DNA of 64,000 nucleotides, taken from NCBI GenBank assembly GCA_963663765.2, contig CAXXUA010000004.1:608001-672000 (forward strand), read 5' to 3'. The notes under the pieces are model-generated. The model saw nothing but the letters and a program-made list of their open reading frames with translations, made no database searches and was not told the origin of the DNA. A program made the position numbers and the translations under genes. The stretch's first letter is position 1, and every line of letters begins with the position of its first letter. Positions 28,414 through 38,684 of this stretch are shown here, piece after piece. Origin of the DNA: Candidatus Poribacteria bacterium. GTDB taxonomy: Bacteria; Poribacteria; WGA-4E; WGA-3G.

Positions 28414-30738
28414 ATGTTAACGCGTATAATATTAATGTTAGAAAAGGAGTCTTCATTGTTGAAAAGTTTTTTCTATCTTCTAATGGTTTTACTAATACCG
28501 GTAGTCGCGTTTTCTCAAACGGGAGATATTGAAGGTACAGTTCTTAGCAGAAACACAAATGAACCATTAGTAGGTGCAGAGATTCACATCATTGATATTG
28601 ACATACGCGTAACGACTGATGATAAAGGTATGTTTGTGATAAATGAAATTCCACCTGGGAGCTATACCACGACTATTACGTTACCCAATTCAGAGATAAT
28701 AGAAAAAACTATATTGATAGTAACAGCAGACGAAATCCTGAAACCACAGATTCTCATTAGTACCGTTGATTTTGAACTTGATAGTATAAAGGTAACCACA
28801 AAACGTGAACCTAAGACTATTGTAAAAAAGACCATACAGTCCAAAGAAATCACAAGGTTACCAGGAACTGCAGGGGATGTTCTTCGTGCGCTTCCAGTGA
28901 TACCAGGGATTGGTGTTGCAAATGATTTTAGTGGTGCTCTCTATATTCGTGGCGGGTCTGATGAAGATAATTTATACTATTTTGACCGTGTTCCTGTTGG
29001 CTATCCTTACCACTTTGGTGGTCTTGTTTCATCAATCAGTTCTGAAATTATAGATCGTATTGATGTCTATGCTGGCGGGTATGGTGCAGAATTTGGAGTG
29101 GATTCTCAAGCGGTGATAGACATATATTCGAAGGACAGCAGTCAAGATAATTTGCGTGGGAAATTCAACCTTAATCTGCTTTACTCAGAGGGTTTGTTTC
29201 AAGGGAAAATTGGAGAAAAAGGATATTGGTATGCTGCAGGACGTAGGAGTTACATTGACCTTTTCGTTGGTTCTCTTTCTTTTGAAACAGGTGCAATCAC
29301 TGCATTTCCCCGTTTTTGGGATTATCAATTAAAGACTGGGTATGATTTTAATGAGAAACATCAACTCTATATCAATTTTTTTGCGTCAGGCGATAAGTTT
29401 GCTGTGCAATTAGATGGCGAAAATGTAGATGAGGACTTCAGGGGAAGTACGAGTTTTGAAAGTGGTTTTGAGGGTGCAGGTATACATCTACGTTCAACAT
29501 TGACCGAACGTCTTACATCTTATTTGTCGCTTACACGTTCAAACTTTCTATTTGATGTCAACTTTGGACCATTAATTTCTCTTATTATTGATGCACCTAC
29601 TTACACTCTTAGGGAAGATCTTACTTATGAAATTAATGAGAAGCATCGTTTGGAAACTGGTTTGATTCTCGGTCTGGAACCCGGTGAGGTAAGTGGTAGT
29701 TTCACACGAATACCCGATGAGGGTGAAGTAGATTTTGATATCCGTTTTGAAACGAAGTATGAAATTGATGAAACTGTGCGTGGGCAACGGATTGAAGCAT
29801 ATATACAAGATAGGTATAAATTGCTACCCTATTTATCAGCAGTAATAGGGCTTCGGGTTGACTATTTTAGCGAAATTGATGAACTATCAATACAACCTCG
29901 TGGCAGCATACGTTTGGAACTCCCCAACAGTTCAGAACTACAATTTGCTTACGGTATTTACAATCAATCACCGATACCTGGACAACTTTCTCCGAGTGTT
30001 GGAAATCCAGAGTTGAAATCCAGCCAAGCGAGTCATTACATACTTGAACTTAAACGGCAGCTTTCCGCTGACACAGAAATAAAAATGGCTGCATATTACA
30101 AAGACTTGGTTAACCTTGTTACATCTGACGACACTTATGTCTACCTTAATCAAGGTGAAGGTTATGCACAAGGCACTGAAATTTTTCTAAGGCATCAAAG
30201 CAGTGAAAAGTTTTTGAGTTGGATTTCTTACGCATATACACTTTCAAAACGGCGTGATCGTATTGATGAGCCCTACCGATTCTATTCGTTTGATCAGACG
30301 CATGTTGCCACCTTAGCTGCGAGTTTTAAACCTACATCTACATGGGAAATTGGAGCGAAATGGCAATATCGAACAGGTAATCCCTATACTCCTGTCATTG
30401 ATGCCGATCCCCTACCAGATCCAAGATATATTGAAGAAATTGGGGGTTTACAGAATCTAAAGTACGAAAGTTCATCCGATATACTTGCTAACATCATCTA
30501 CATTCCAGTCTATGGTGATACAAACTCTGGAAGATTACCTGCCTACCACAGATTGGATATTCGTCTGAGCAAAACCTTCCGTTTTAGTAGTTGGGAATTA
30601 GGTCTCTTCTTGGAACTTCTAAATGTGTATAACCGGAAAAATTTACTTGATTATCAATATAATGAAGATTATTCTGAGACAACCCCAATAAACCAACTTC
30701 CTTTTATTCCATACTTAGGAATTACTGCTGAATTCTAA
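28414..30738 (+). CDS. TonB-dependent receptor with N-terminal carboxypeptidase-regulatory-like domain
   Basis: Signal peptide, EPLVGAEI, plug GDVLRAL...PG...LYIRGG, IDVYAGGYGAEFG, C-terminal GITAEF. Confidence 0.92.
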   Translation: MLTRIILMLEKESSLLKSFFYLLMVLLIPVVAFSQTGDIEGTVLSRNTNEPLVGAEIHIIDIDIRVTTDDKGMFVINEIPPGSYTTTITLPNSEIIEKTILIVTADEILKPQILISTVDFELDSIKVTTKREPKTIVKKTIQSKEITRLPGTAGDVLRALPVIPGIGVANDFSGALYIRGGSDEDNLYYFDRVPVGYPYHFGGLVSSISSEIIDRIDVYAGGYGAEFGVDSQAVIDIYSKDSSQDNLRGKFNLNLLYSEGLFQGKIGEKGYWYAAGRRSYIDLFVGSLSFETGAITAFPRFWDYQLKTGYDFNEKHQLYINFFASGDKFAVQLDGENVDEDFRGSTSFESGFEGAGIHLRSTLTERLTSYLSLTRSNFLFDVNFGPLISLIIDAPTYTLREDLTYEINEKHRLETGLILGLEPGEVSGSFTRIPDEGEVDFDIRFETKYEIDETVRGQRIEAYIQDRYKLLPYLSAVIGLRVDYFSEIDELSIQPRGSIRLELPNSSELQFAYGIYNQSPIPGQLSPSVGNPELKSSQASHYILELKRQLSADTEIKMAAYYKDLVNLVTSDDTYVYLNQGEGYAQGTEIFLRHQSSEKFLSWISYAYTLSKRRDRIDEPYRFYSFDQTHVATLAASFKPTSTWEIGAKWQYRTGNPYTPVIDADPLPDPRYIEEIGGLQNLKYESSSDILANIIYIPVYGDTNSGRLPAYHRLDIRLSKTFRFSSWELGLFLELLNVYNRKNLLDYQYNEDYSETTPINQLPFIPYLGITAEF

Positions 30739-32838
30739 ATGGATTTTCCATATAATAAACCTCTTCAGTCGGTAACCGTTCTTATTATTTTCAATATTAT
30801 TTTGTTTTCTGCATTCGGACAGATTGATGAAACTAATGTGGAAGAACAAAAAGGTAATGTTGTGATATTGCCACCCGTTGAAGTAATATTAGAACGAATT
30901 GAAAAGAAACCGAAACATACTTTTGGAAATCAATTAATTACCCGTTCCGTTGGGAGTGGTGGCGACCCTATACGAGTTTTGAACCTGCTACCCAGTGTAG
31001 GTGTATTGAATGATTTCGTTGGAATCCTCTCCATACGTGGTGGTGGACCAGAAGACAATCTCTATTATTTTGATCGATTACCTTTGGGTTATCCGTATCA
31101 TCTACTTGGTATTGTTTCAACTGTGAATGCAGAAGTCATAGAGACTATAGATGTATATCCTGGTGGCTACGGTGCAGAATATGGTTCAGATGCCCAGGCA
31201 GTGATTGACATAAACTCCAGAAGAATCACAGACTCCTACTTCGGTGGAAAACTAAACCTAAATCCGGTGTATTCTCAAGCATTTCTTGAAGGTAATTTGG
31301 GACAACGCGGGTATTGGTATGTTTTTGGTCGCAGGAGTTATATGAGGACTCTTTTTGAGCTTTTACCCAAATTACTTGATATTGATGATGACTTGGTTAC
31401 ACAAGTTCCAAGTTTTTGGAGTTATCAAGGTAAGTTCGTATATCAATTAACAGAAAATCATAGAGCGGTTTTCAATACAATCGCCGCAGATGACTCAGCA
31501 GAATTTAGATTCACCTCTAACGAAGTCTCAGAAAGTGATTTGCAAGGTCCTTTGCAAACGGAGAATCCTTTTGATTCACAAGGTATCCATCTCTATTCTG
31601 AAAAAGAGGAGACATTTAAGTCTATACTTTCTTTGACTCGTTCTTTTTCTGGAACACAACTTGATTTTGGTGAAGGTTATTTCTTTAAGAGTACTGATAC
31701 AGTCACATCGTTACGTGGTGACCTTCAATACTGGGTAAAATTTCCTAAGACTTTGTTAGAAACTGGTTTTGATTTCTCAAGTACTCCCACAAATGTTATA
31801 AGTATCGGTGCGCGACCGCTTGATGAAGGTGATTGGGACTATGATTTTAGGATAAAAATGGATGGAGAAAAAGTACTGACTAACACAACAAATAATTTAC
31901 ATCGTCTGGAAGGATATGCTCAAGTAACACATGATCTTTTTGCATCCCCCTTTGTTGATCTGTATGCTACGTTTGGCTTGCGTTCAAGCTACTTTAATTT
32001 GATAGATAGTTTGTCGCTACAACCCCGCGGCCTAATAGGTATGACACTGGGACCAAGTGAAACAGTTGGTTATAGTCAATCACTTTTTCCCTTGGATCTA
32101 CGCTTTATGTATGGCAAGTATGTTCAGAATCCTCAACTTTATCAAGTGTCACTTGGTAATGTCAATCCTGAAATAAAACCAAGTTCAGCAAAGCACTATG
32201 TAGTTGCAATAGAAAAAAGACTCACTGCCGAGACAAAAATAGAAGTTGCAGGCTATTATAAAAACCTTGAAGATATGATAGCGTATAATTTACTTGAGAA
32301 ACGGTATGAGAATGGGAGAATTGGTTCAGTGAAAGGGATAGAAGCATCATTAGAGCACAAAATTGGTGATGTCTTTCAGGGATGGTTTGCTTATGCTTAT
32401 ACCGTTTCTAAACGACAGGATTCCAGCAAGGATGAGGAACGAGAATTTATGTATAGCACGCCACATGTCTTGACAGTAAACCTAAATTATATGTTTGGGA
32501 CATTGGAAATTGGAGCAAACTGGCAATATAAAAGTGGGACATTATATGCACCTTTAGATGATAGACAACGTTATACTAATCCATTTACCAAAAGACAAAC
32601 ATGGATTCCGGTTTACGGGGATCCCCTAAGAACTTCATCATATCATCGTTTAGATTTACGTTTTCACTGGTCGTTCCTACCATTTGAAAGATGGAAAGGG
32701 GGATTAACGTTTGAGCTTTGGAACGCATATAACCGTGGTAATCCGCTTCAAGTACGTTACAACTCAGATTTTTCAAAAGAGGTGCCGATTTATCAACTTC
32801 CTATTGTACCATTCCTTGCGATAACATTAGAATTCTGA
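30739..32838 (+). CDS. TonB-dependent receptor (paralogue of the upstream gene)
   Basis: GDPIRVL.LLP...SIRGGGPEDNLYYFD, IDVYPGGYGAEYG, C-terminal AITLEF. Confidence 0.92.
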   Translation: MDFPYNKPLQSVTVLIIFNIILFSAFGQIDETNVEEQKGNVVILPPVEVILERIEKKPKHTFGNQLITRSVGSGGDPIRVLNLLPSVGVLNDFVGILSIRGGGPEDNLYYFDRLPLGYPYHLLGIVSTVNAEVIETIDVYPGGYGAEYGSDAQAVIDINSRRITDSYFGGKLNLNPVYSQAFLEGNLGQRGYWYVFGRRSYMRTLFELLPKLLDIDDDLVTQVPSFWSYQGKFVYQLTENHRAVFNTIAADDSAEFRFTSNEVSESDLQGPLQTENPFDSQGIHLYSEKEETFKSILSLTRSFSGTQLDFGEGYFFKSTDTVTSLRGDLQYWVKFPKTLLETGFDFSSTPTNVISIGARPLDEGDWDYDFRIKMDGEKVLTNTTNNLHRLEGYAQVTHDLFASPFVDLYATFGLRSSYFNLIDSLSLQPRGLIGMTLGPSETVGYSQSLFPLDLRFMYGKYVQNPQLYQVSLGNVNPEIKPSSAKHYVVAIEKRLTAETKIEVAGYYKNLEDMIAYNLLEKRYENGRIGSVKGIEASLEHKIGDVFQGWFAYAYTVSKRQDSSKDEEREFMYSTPHVLTVNLNYMFGTLEIGANWQYKSGTLYAPLDDRQRYTNPFTKRQTWIPVYGDPLRTSSYHRLDLRFHWSFLPFERWKGGLTFELWNAYNRGNPLQVRYNSDFSKEVPIYQLPIVPFLAITLEF

Positions 32839-32841
32839 TTT

Positions 32842-33028
32842 TATAGTAGACTTTAGAATTAATTGGACATTATGTTCGGCAGAATACGCCAAATCAACGG
32901 TATAAATGCTATATAATATTCCCGTGTGGTATCCTGCATTGGTTTGGAAACCGAACCTAACGAGGGAGTTGTGGCACAACTAACAGTATGATGCTCAAAA
33001 TGTCCAATTAATTATCTGCTTTACTATA
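32842..33028. mobile_element. MITE family 3 (TATAGTA...TACTATA ends, IS630-like) carrying an interrupted REP
   Basis: Imperfect TIRs TATAGTAGACTTTAGAATTAATTGGACA / TGTCCAATTAATTATCTGCTTTACTATA. Confidence 0.7.
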
Positions 33029-33118
33029 TATTCCATTGAACTGTGTGTAACCGCTATATTCTCCTTTTACGTAATTATTATAACACACCCATTACCCGCA
33101 AAAAGGAGGTGTCCGCGT

Positions 33119-35350
33119 TTGGCAAACAATTTATTATTTTTTCTTCCGTTACGGAAAATACAATTCTTTCTTCTTATCTCTACACTGTTATATTTTTTCG
33201 TTTACGATGTCAGTTCAGACGAATCGGTCAATCAGATAAAAGCTCATCACACTTCAGAAAACATTGTAATAGACGGTCACCTATCAGAATTGGATTGGCA
33301 GAAAGCAGATGTCATTGACAAGTTTGTCCAAATTGAACCGCATGAAGGTGCATACATGTCAGAACCGATGGAGTTGCGTATTCTATATGACAACGATTAT
33401 ATCTATTTTGGGTTTATCTGCTATGATTCTGATATTTCAAGGCTTGTTGCGAACGAAATGCGGCGTGACGCATGGAGTATTCATGAGAATGACAATGTAT
33501 TTGTTTTGTTAGATACCTATAATGATAAACGAAGTGGGTTTTTCTTTAGGATTAACGCGTTGGGGGCAATTCAGGATAGAGCTGTAACAGACAATGGAGA
33601 TACATTTAATGATGATTGGGATATTGTCATAACAGGTAAGTCCAAAATTAACGAGGAATCTTGGACGGTAGAATTAAGGGTTCCTTTTCATCAACTTCGG
33701 TTCAAACAAAGTGATCCAATGATATGGGGAATCAATGCGGGTCGTGAAATTGCGCGTAAACAGGAAGAAGCCGTTTGGATACCAGTTCCTGCTTCTTATG
33801 GTGGTAGAGCAAAGTATCGGACAGCAAACCTTGGTAAGTTGGTGGGTTTAGAGGGAATTAAACCGTCAAGACCTATAGAGATTCTACCCTATATGCTACC
33901 GGGAATAACATATACCAATGAAGAGGATACATCTTTAGCAGCAACCCGTCAATTCAAACTTGGTTTTGATGCAAAATATGGCATCACAACGAATGTGACT
34001 TCTGACATAACGTTTAATACCGATTTTGCGCAAGTTGAGGCTGATGAGGAACAGGTGAACTTAACCAGATTTGGTCTATTTTTTCCAGAAAAGCGCCCTT
34101 TCTTTTTAGAAGGTGTTGGACACTTCAATTTTGGTGTTCAACGTAGGGGTTTTGGTGAAGCACCACCGGCAATATTGTTTTATAGTCGTCGAATTGGCTT
34201 TGCAGAAGGGAACCCGATCCCAATTCTTTTTGGCGGTAAAGTCAGTGGTAAAGTAGGAACTTACGGAATTGGTATTTTGAATGTCCTGACTGATAAATTC
34301 TCTGGATTCACAGATGAGGATGAACCAATTGAAATTCCTCTGACTAATTTTTCTGTTTTACGGGTTACAAAAGATATTATAGCCGGTTCGCGTATTGGAA
34401 TAATACTTGTAAATAAAGACCAAAGGTCAAATTACAACCGTGCTGGCGGTTTTGATTTTCAATACCGTCCCAATAATTATCTTGATATCAGAGGTATGTG
34501 GGCACGTAGTTTATTTCCGGATATGTCTGGCATGAACAATGCATGGCATTTAAGTTCCCGTTTTAGAAGTGATAATTTCCGCATAAACGGTTCATTCACA
34601 AATATTGATGATGAATTTAATCCTGAAGCTGGTTATGTACAGCAACCTGATATACGACACTTTTCAGGAGATATCCGTTGGGCACCGCGTCCAAATAAAT
34701 ACGGGATTAGAGAAATATCGTCTGGACCAAGAGGTGAATATATACTGAATACGAACAATGAACTTGAGAAGTGGTCTATATCTTATAGACATTGGACTTC
34801 ATTTGCGACTTCAGATAACTTTTCCTTTTACGGTAGGAGAACGTTTGAACGTCTTTTTAAATACTTTGAATTACGCGATGGTGTGATTATACCAACTGGT
34901 GACTATTATACAAATATGTTTGGTGCAAACTTATCTATGAATGAAAGTCGAACTCTACATGGATGGACTGGTGTTGATTTTGGTGAATTTTATAGAGGCC
35001 ATCTACGTTCTTTTTTTATTGGATGTGGGTTGAAACCAAATGGTCAGTTGAGTTTACATGCGATTTATAGGTTTAACCGTATCACTTTTCCGTTAATAGA
35101 ATTTGATGCGAATCTATTTTCAGGTAGGTTAACTTACTCATTTTCGACAGATCTTTATGCCAAACTATTTACACAATGGAATGCTGAAGAAAACACTGTA
35201 TCTATTAATATCCTCGTCAATTATATTTATCGTCCTGGAAGTGATTTTTACTTTGTATTCAATCAAACTTACGATACAGATAAGACAACACAGACAGTAT
35301 TAAAGAATTCTACTGTGGTTGGTAAAATGACTTTTTGGTGGAATCCTTAG
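33119..35350 (+). CDS. CBM9-like sugar-binding domain + DUF5916 outer-membrane barrel protein
   Basis: IDGHLSE.DW, LDTYND, WTVELRVPF, NTDFAQVEAD, LFFPEKRPFFLEG, FYSRRIG. Confidence 0.85.
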   Translation: MANNLLFFLPLRKIQFFLLISTLLYFFVYDVSSDESVNQIKAHHTSENIVIDGHLSELDWQKADVIDKFVQIEPHEGAYMSEPMELRILYDNDYIYFGFICYDSDISRLVANEMRRDAWSIHENDNVFVLLDTYNDKRSGFFFRINALGAIQDRAVTDNGDTFNDDWDIVITGKSKINEESWTVELRVPFHQLRFKQSDPMIWGINAGREIARKQEEAVWIPVPASYGGRAKYRTANLGKLVGLEGIKPSRPIEILPYMLPGITYTNEEDTSLAATRQFKLGFDAKYGITTNVTSDITFNTDFAQVEADEEQVNLTRFGLFFPEKRPFFLEGVGHFNFGVQRRGFGEAPPAILFYSRRIGFAEGNPIPILFGGKVSGKVGTYGIGILNVLTDKFSGFTDEDEPIEIPLTNFSVLRVTKDIIAGSRIGIILVNKDQRSNYNRAGGFDFQYRPNNYLDIRGMWARSLFPDMSGMNNAWHLSSRFRSDNFRINGSFTNIDDEFNPEAGYVQQPDIRHFSGDIRWAPRPNKYGIREISSGPRGEYILNTNNELEKWSISYRHWTSFATSDNFSFYGRRTFERLFKYFELRDGVIIPTGDYYTNMFGANLSMNESRTLHGWTGVDFGEFYRGHLRSFFIGCGLKPNGQLSLHAIYRFNRITFPLIEFDANLFSGRLTYSFSTDLYAKLFTQWNAEENTVSINILVNYIYRPGSDFYFVFNQTYDTDKTTQTVLKNSTVVGKMTFWWNP

Positions 35351-35436
35351 CAACTCCAAAACATGACTCACCTAAATTTAGAACAGGACTTATGCAGTTT
35401 TCATGATTACATCAATTATTTTGACGAAAATTATGT

Positions 35437-35594
35437 CAGGACTTACGCAGTTTTCATGATCCAATCAAGAATTAAGACGAAAACGATGTAATTTTCAGCA
35501 TTTTTTAGGTTTCCGGCGCGCTTACAAAGCACCAAATCAACGGTATGAATGCCATTTAGGCATTCCCCGCCTACCGTTGGGTGCGTAAGTCCTG
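35437..35594. mobile_element. MITE family 1 copy, inserted in a truncated older copy starting at 35384
   Basis: Perfect TIRs CAGGACTTACGCA/TGCGTAAGTCCTG; 5-bp duplication TATGT (35432-35436, 35595-35599). Confidence 0.85.
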
Positions 35595-35825
35595 TATGTA
35601 ATACAAATTCTAAAAATAAGATACTATTGTCTGTGTGTACTTGTAGAAGCGATTCCCCGGTCACAACTGGGAAATATTAGATTGCCTAATTAATCAATAC
35701 CTTCGCCATTTTTGAGTGCTTCAGTTGAATGAGTATATAGTGTTGATCTACCATTGCTCTGTGATATTGTTAGGATTATATAAAAAAAATAACTTCAGGT
35801 TTTCGTTGAAGTTTTTTTATCATAG

Positions 35826-36219
35826 TAGGGTTATTTAGTTTTAAGAGTTTTCTGTTATTGAGATTTACTGAAAGTTAATACCCAGGTTTGGTTTCCTAAC
35901 CGAACTTTTTGCATCAGTTTTAGATTATTGAAAAATGAATATCGCTCTTTAGTCCCGACAAATGCCATACGCGCATTTGGCGTTGATTTGGTAGGGACGA
36001 TATGTTTATAGAAAACGAATACCCTCCCCAGTTCTTTAGTCCCGTAGGGACGATATGTTTATTTTTCTATGTCGTTCCTACGGAACTCAAGAGGGATAGA
36101 TAACATGTTTCTATAAACATATCGTCCCTACGGGACTAAAGAACTGGACAAGATGGCAACACATAAAATTAACGACATAGCAAAATATTATCAAAAATAT
36201 TGAAAACTGAATAACCCTG
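35826..36219. mobile_element. MITE family 2 (TIR CAGGGTTATTCAGTTTT) nested in family 4
   Basis: Ends TAGGGTTATTTAGTTTT / AAAACTGAATAACCCTG; 9-bp duplication TTATCATAG (35817-35825, 36220-36228); absent from the 44910 copy. Confidence 0.85.
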
Positions 36220-36284
36220 TTATCATAGCCTCTAATTTGACAATAGAAATGACTATATCAGCAATCTGACAGAATAATTTATAT

Positions 36285-36526
36285 GCACAATCTGGCAGAA
36301 TGTGCTACAACTACCCGCACAATCTGGAAGAATGTGCTACAACTACCCGCACAATCTGGAAGAATGTGCTACAACTACCCACACAATCTGGAAGAATGTG
36401 CTACAACTGCCCGCACAATCTGGCAAAATGTGCTACAACTGCCCGCACAATCTGGAAGAATGTGCTACAACTGCCCGCACAATCTGGAAGAATGTGCTAC
36501 AACTGCCCGCACAATCTGGAAGAATG
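36285..36526. repeat. 32-bp REP array, 7 full units plus a partial
   Basis: Unit GCACAATCTGGAAGAATGTGCTACAACT(A/G)CCC; reverse complement contains GTAGCACA...TGTGC. Confidence 0.92.
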
Positions 36527-36613
36527 CCTATTATTGGCGAAGGTATTGATTAATAAATTAAACTTCATATAACGTACCTACCGTTTAGTTTATAAGTTAA
36601 AATAAAAAACGAG

Positions 36614-36696
36614 TTGACATATACAAAAAAATCTGTTAGAATTTAATATTGACATATACATTTAATGTTGACATATAGATTGAACAGTGCTATAAT
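36614..36696 (+). promoter_or_regulatory. Tandem sigma70 promoters upstream of tonB, three TTGACATATA copies
   Basis: TTGACA-17-TAGAAT (36614-36642); TTGACA-16-TATAAT (36669-36696); third TTGACATATA at 36649. Confidence 0.65.
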
Positions 36697-36869
36697 TGTA
36701 ATAATTTCGGTAAGTTTTACAGGAATTAGTTACATTTTGTGTCATTGAATATTCTAGAAAACTACTATTTTACAGTTATTTTTATTCACGAACAATCTCA
36801 TAAATACTCCCTGTCAGTGTGTTGTAAGCGCGCTTTAGACATCACGAGATAATATCAAGGAGAAAAGAG

Positions 36870-37829
36870 ATGAGCCGAAGTTCCGATATCGTATACCAGA
36901 TGCAACATCGTCGTTCTGAGCGAAAAAAACCGAAAGTCAATGCAAAACTAAAACGAACTAACATAGACGACACTCTGAAAGGTGGAATCGCAGCTGCGAA
37001 TGAAAACAAACCACCTCCCATCACTATGCAGAAAACTGCTGGAAGAAATTCCTTTGCTTTATTCTTTTCAATCGGATTCCATGTAGTGCTTGCACTAATT
37101 TTTGGGTTTATTGTCATTAAGGATAGGATTACAACGATTGATGAAAATTTAGTTGTTGATATTGTACCACCTGAACCCATACATAGAGAACGGGGAACCG
37201 TCAATGTGCGTGAACGTCCAACATTTGATGCAAAAGATCAAGTTATTGAGGCACCAATTCAACAACCTATGGTCACCAATGCGAATTTACCACCAGCGAG
37301 AGATGGTTTTATTCTACCAACAGATACAAGCACAGATATTGGACCAATAGGACCTGCTTTAGGCGCTGGACCAAGGATAGGTGAGATTAGTCGAGGAATA
37401 GTTGGTCCTATTCAACCTACAACCCCGACGGCGGTTAGTCCAACAATTGTGAGACCTACACAAAAAGGTGGTCCGATAGCTGATCTCTCGACGGATCTTG
37501 AGGTTGCAGAAAATTCAAGTTTAGAAACGCCAGATATTGATCTTTCACAACCTGGTTCTTCAAATCCCAAAGCTAAATATGTTCCGAAACCCTCATATCC
37601 GAAGAATGCCAGACGCGCACAGAAGGAAGGCACTGTAAAATTGCGTGCAACGATTGGTACAAATGGAATACCGAAAAATATTGTTAAATTAACCAATCTT
37701 GGATTCGGTTTTGAGGAAGCAGCAATAGCAGCGTGGAAAAAAAGTAAGTATATTCCCGCACAGAAAAATGGAAAAGATGTAGAGGTAACGGTAACAATCA
37801 AGTTTGAATTTAAACTTGATGATTACTAA
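36870..37829 (+). CDS. tonB: TonB family energy transducer
   Basis: TM helix with S...H (SIGFHVVL), Pro-rich linker, PSYPKNARRAQKEGTV, C-terminal IKFEFKL. Confidence 0.88.
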   Translation: MSRSSDIVYQMQHRRSERKKPKVNAKLKRTNIDDTLKGGIAAANENKPPPITMQKTAGRNSFALFFSIGFHVVLALIFGFIVIKDRITTIDENLVVDIVPPEPIHRERGTVNVRERPTFDAKDQVIEAPIQQPMVTNANLPPARDGFILPTDTSTDIGPIGPALGAGPRIGEISRGIVGPIQPTTPTAVSPTIVRPTQKGGPIADLSTDLEVAENSSLETPDIDLSQPGSSNPKAKYVPKPSYPKNARRAQKEGTVKLRATIGTNGIPKNIVKLTNLGFGFEEAAIAAWKKSKYIPAQKNGKDVEVTVTIKFEFKLDDY

Positions 37830-37880
37830 ATTATCTGCCAAAATTATCTGAAAGAAAGGTATAAAGTCTACCTTATATTG

Positions 37881-38684
37881 TTAACGAATTTTCAGCAATC
37901 CTTTTGCTGCAAAACTACGTACTAAGTTGACGACTGATTGTTGAGCGGTTTTACCTAAGCGTCTTTGTTCAATAGGCAGTTTCTCACATTCTGCTTCAAC
38001 CATTTCAGCTTTTTCGGTAGACATACATTGATAAAACCTATCCTGAATTGCAGCTGGAGCATTGTGCAGTGCGAGTGCTATAGTATTTACCTCTAAGACT
38101 TGCATCAAGGTTAGAATTACTTCATCAGGTACTTCTGCAAGGTCTTCAAAAGCAAACAGACCATCGGCAACCGTGTTAGCTAAATCCGGTTGCCTTTTTT
38201 CTAATGCTTCCATAAGTTTGTTCTGTCGTTCAGTATCAATTTTTGTAAGAAATTTCGCAAGGTTTTTGGGTCCATTGCCAAAGAATAAAGTGCTTTTGAA
38301 TAAATCATTCATTTTAGCGAGAATATCTTCCCAAATCTGTTGAGCTTGAGTAGTATCAACCATCTCCGTTTCTGCTAAATGTTCTGCAATTAGAATCTGC
38401 CTCTGATAGGAAAACTTTGCGAAAATTTGCTGTGCATATCCAGTGAGTGTTTCTTCTGTATTCTCATTTGATATTTCGTCCTCACCCCGTTCCAGTGTTC
38501 TCCGTATCTCATCCGAACTGTCTAGGTTGCTTTTAGTAGCTGCAACATCAAGCAATAATAAGAAGAGCGCAATATCCCCCTCATCTATATCATCAAACAC
38601 CTTCATTATTACTGGTAAAGGTGTTTTTTCAAACACATCCATCAATTGCTGAACTGTGGTATCATTTAGAAATGATTCTGACAC
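37881..38684 (-). CDS. FliG C-terminal-domain-like protein
   Basis: LFAFEDL...D..I...........IALAL..A...IQDRF...MS...A.M........AQQSVVNLVR....KG.L matches the FliG_C pattern. Confidence 0.75.
   Translation of the reverse strand: MSESFLNDTTVQQLMDVFEKTPLPVIMKVFDDIDEGDIALFLLLLDVAATKSNLDSSDEIRRTLERGEDEISNENTEETLTGYAQQIFAKFSYQRQILIAEHLAETEMVDTTQAQQIWEDILAKMNDLFKSTLFFGNGPKNLAKFLTKIDTERQNKLMEALEKRQPDLANTVADGLFAFEDLAEVPDEVILTLMQVLEVNTIALALHNAPAAIQDRFYQCMSTEKAEMVEAECEKLPIEQRRLGKTAQQSVVNLVRSFAAKGLLKIR

Larger units (their letters stand above)
35695..36548. mobile_element. MITE family 4 (TIR CAATACCTTCGCCA) with internal 32-bp REP array and a nested MITE
   Basis: 14-bp perfect TIRs; 6-bp duplication ATTAAT; near-identical to 44910-45445 apart from the nested insert and repeat number. 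Confidence 0.88.

Noticed and set aside
28414-32838. Diversity-generating retroelement or shufflon acting on the paralogous receptors
   Set aside because: No reverse transcriptase or recombinase, and no near-identical template/variable repeat pair
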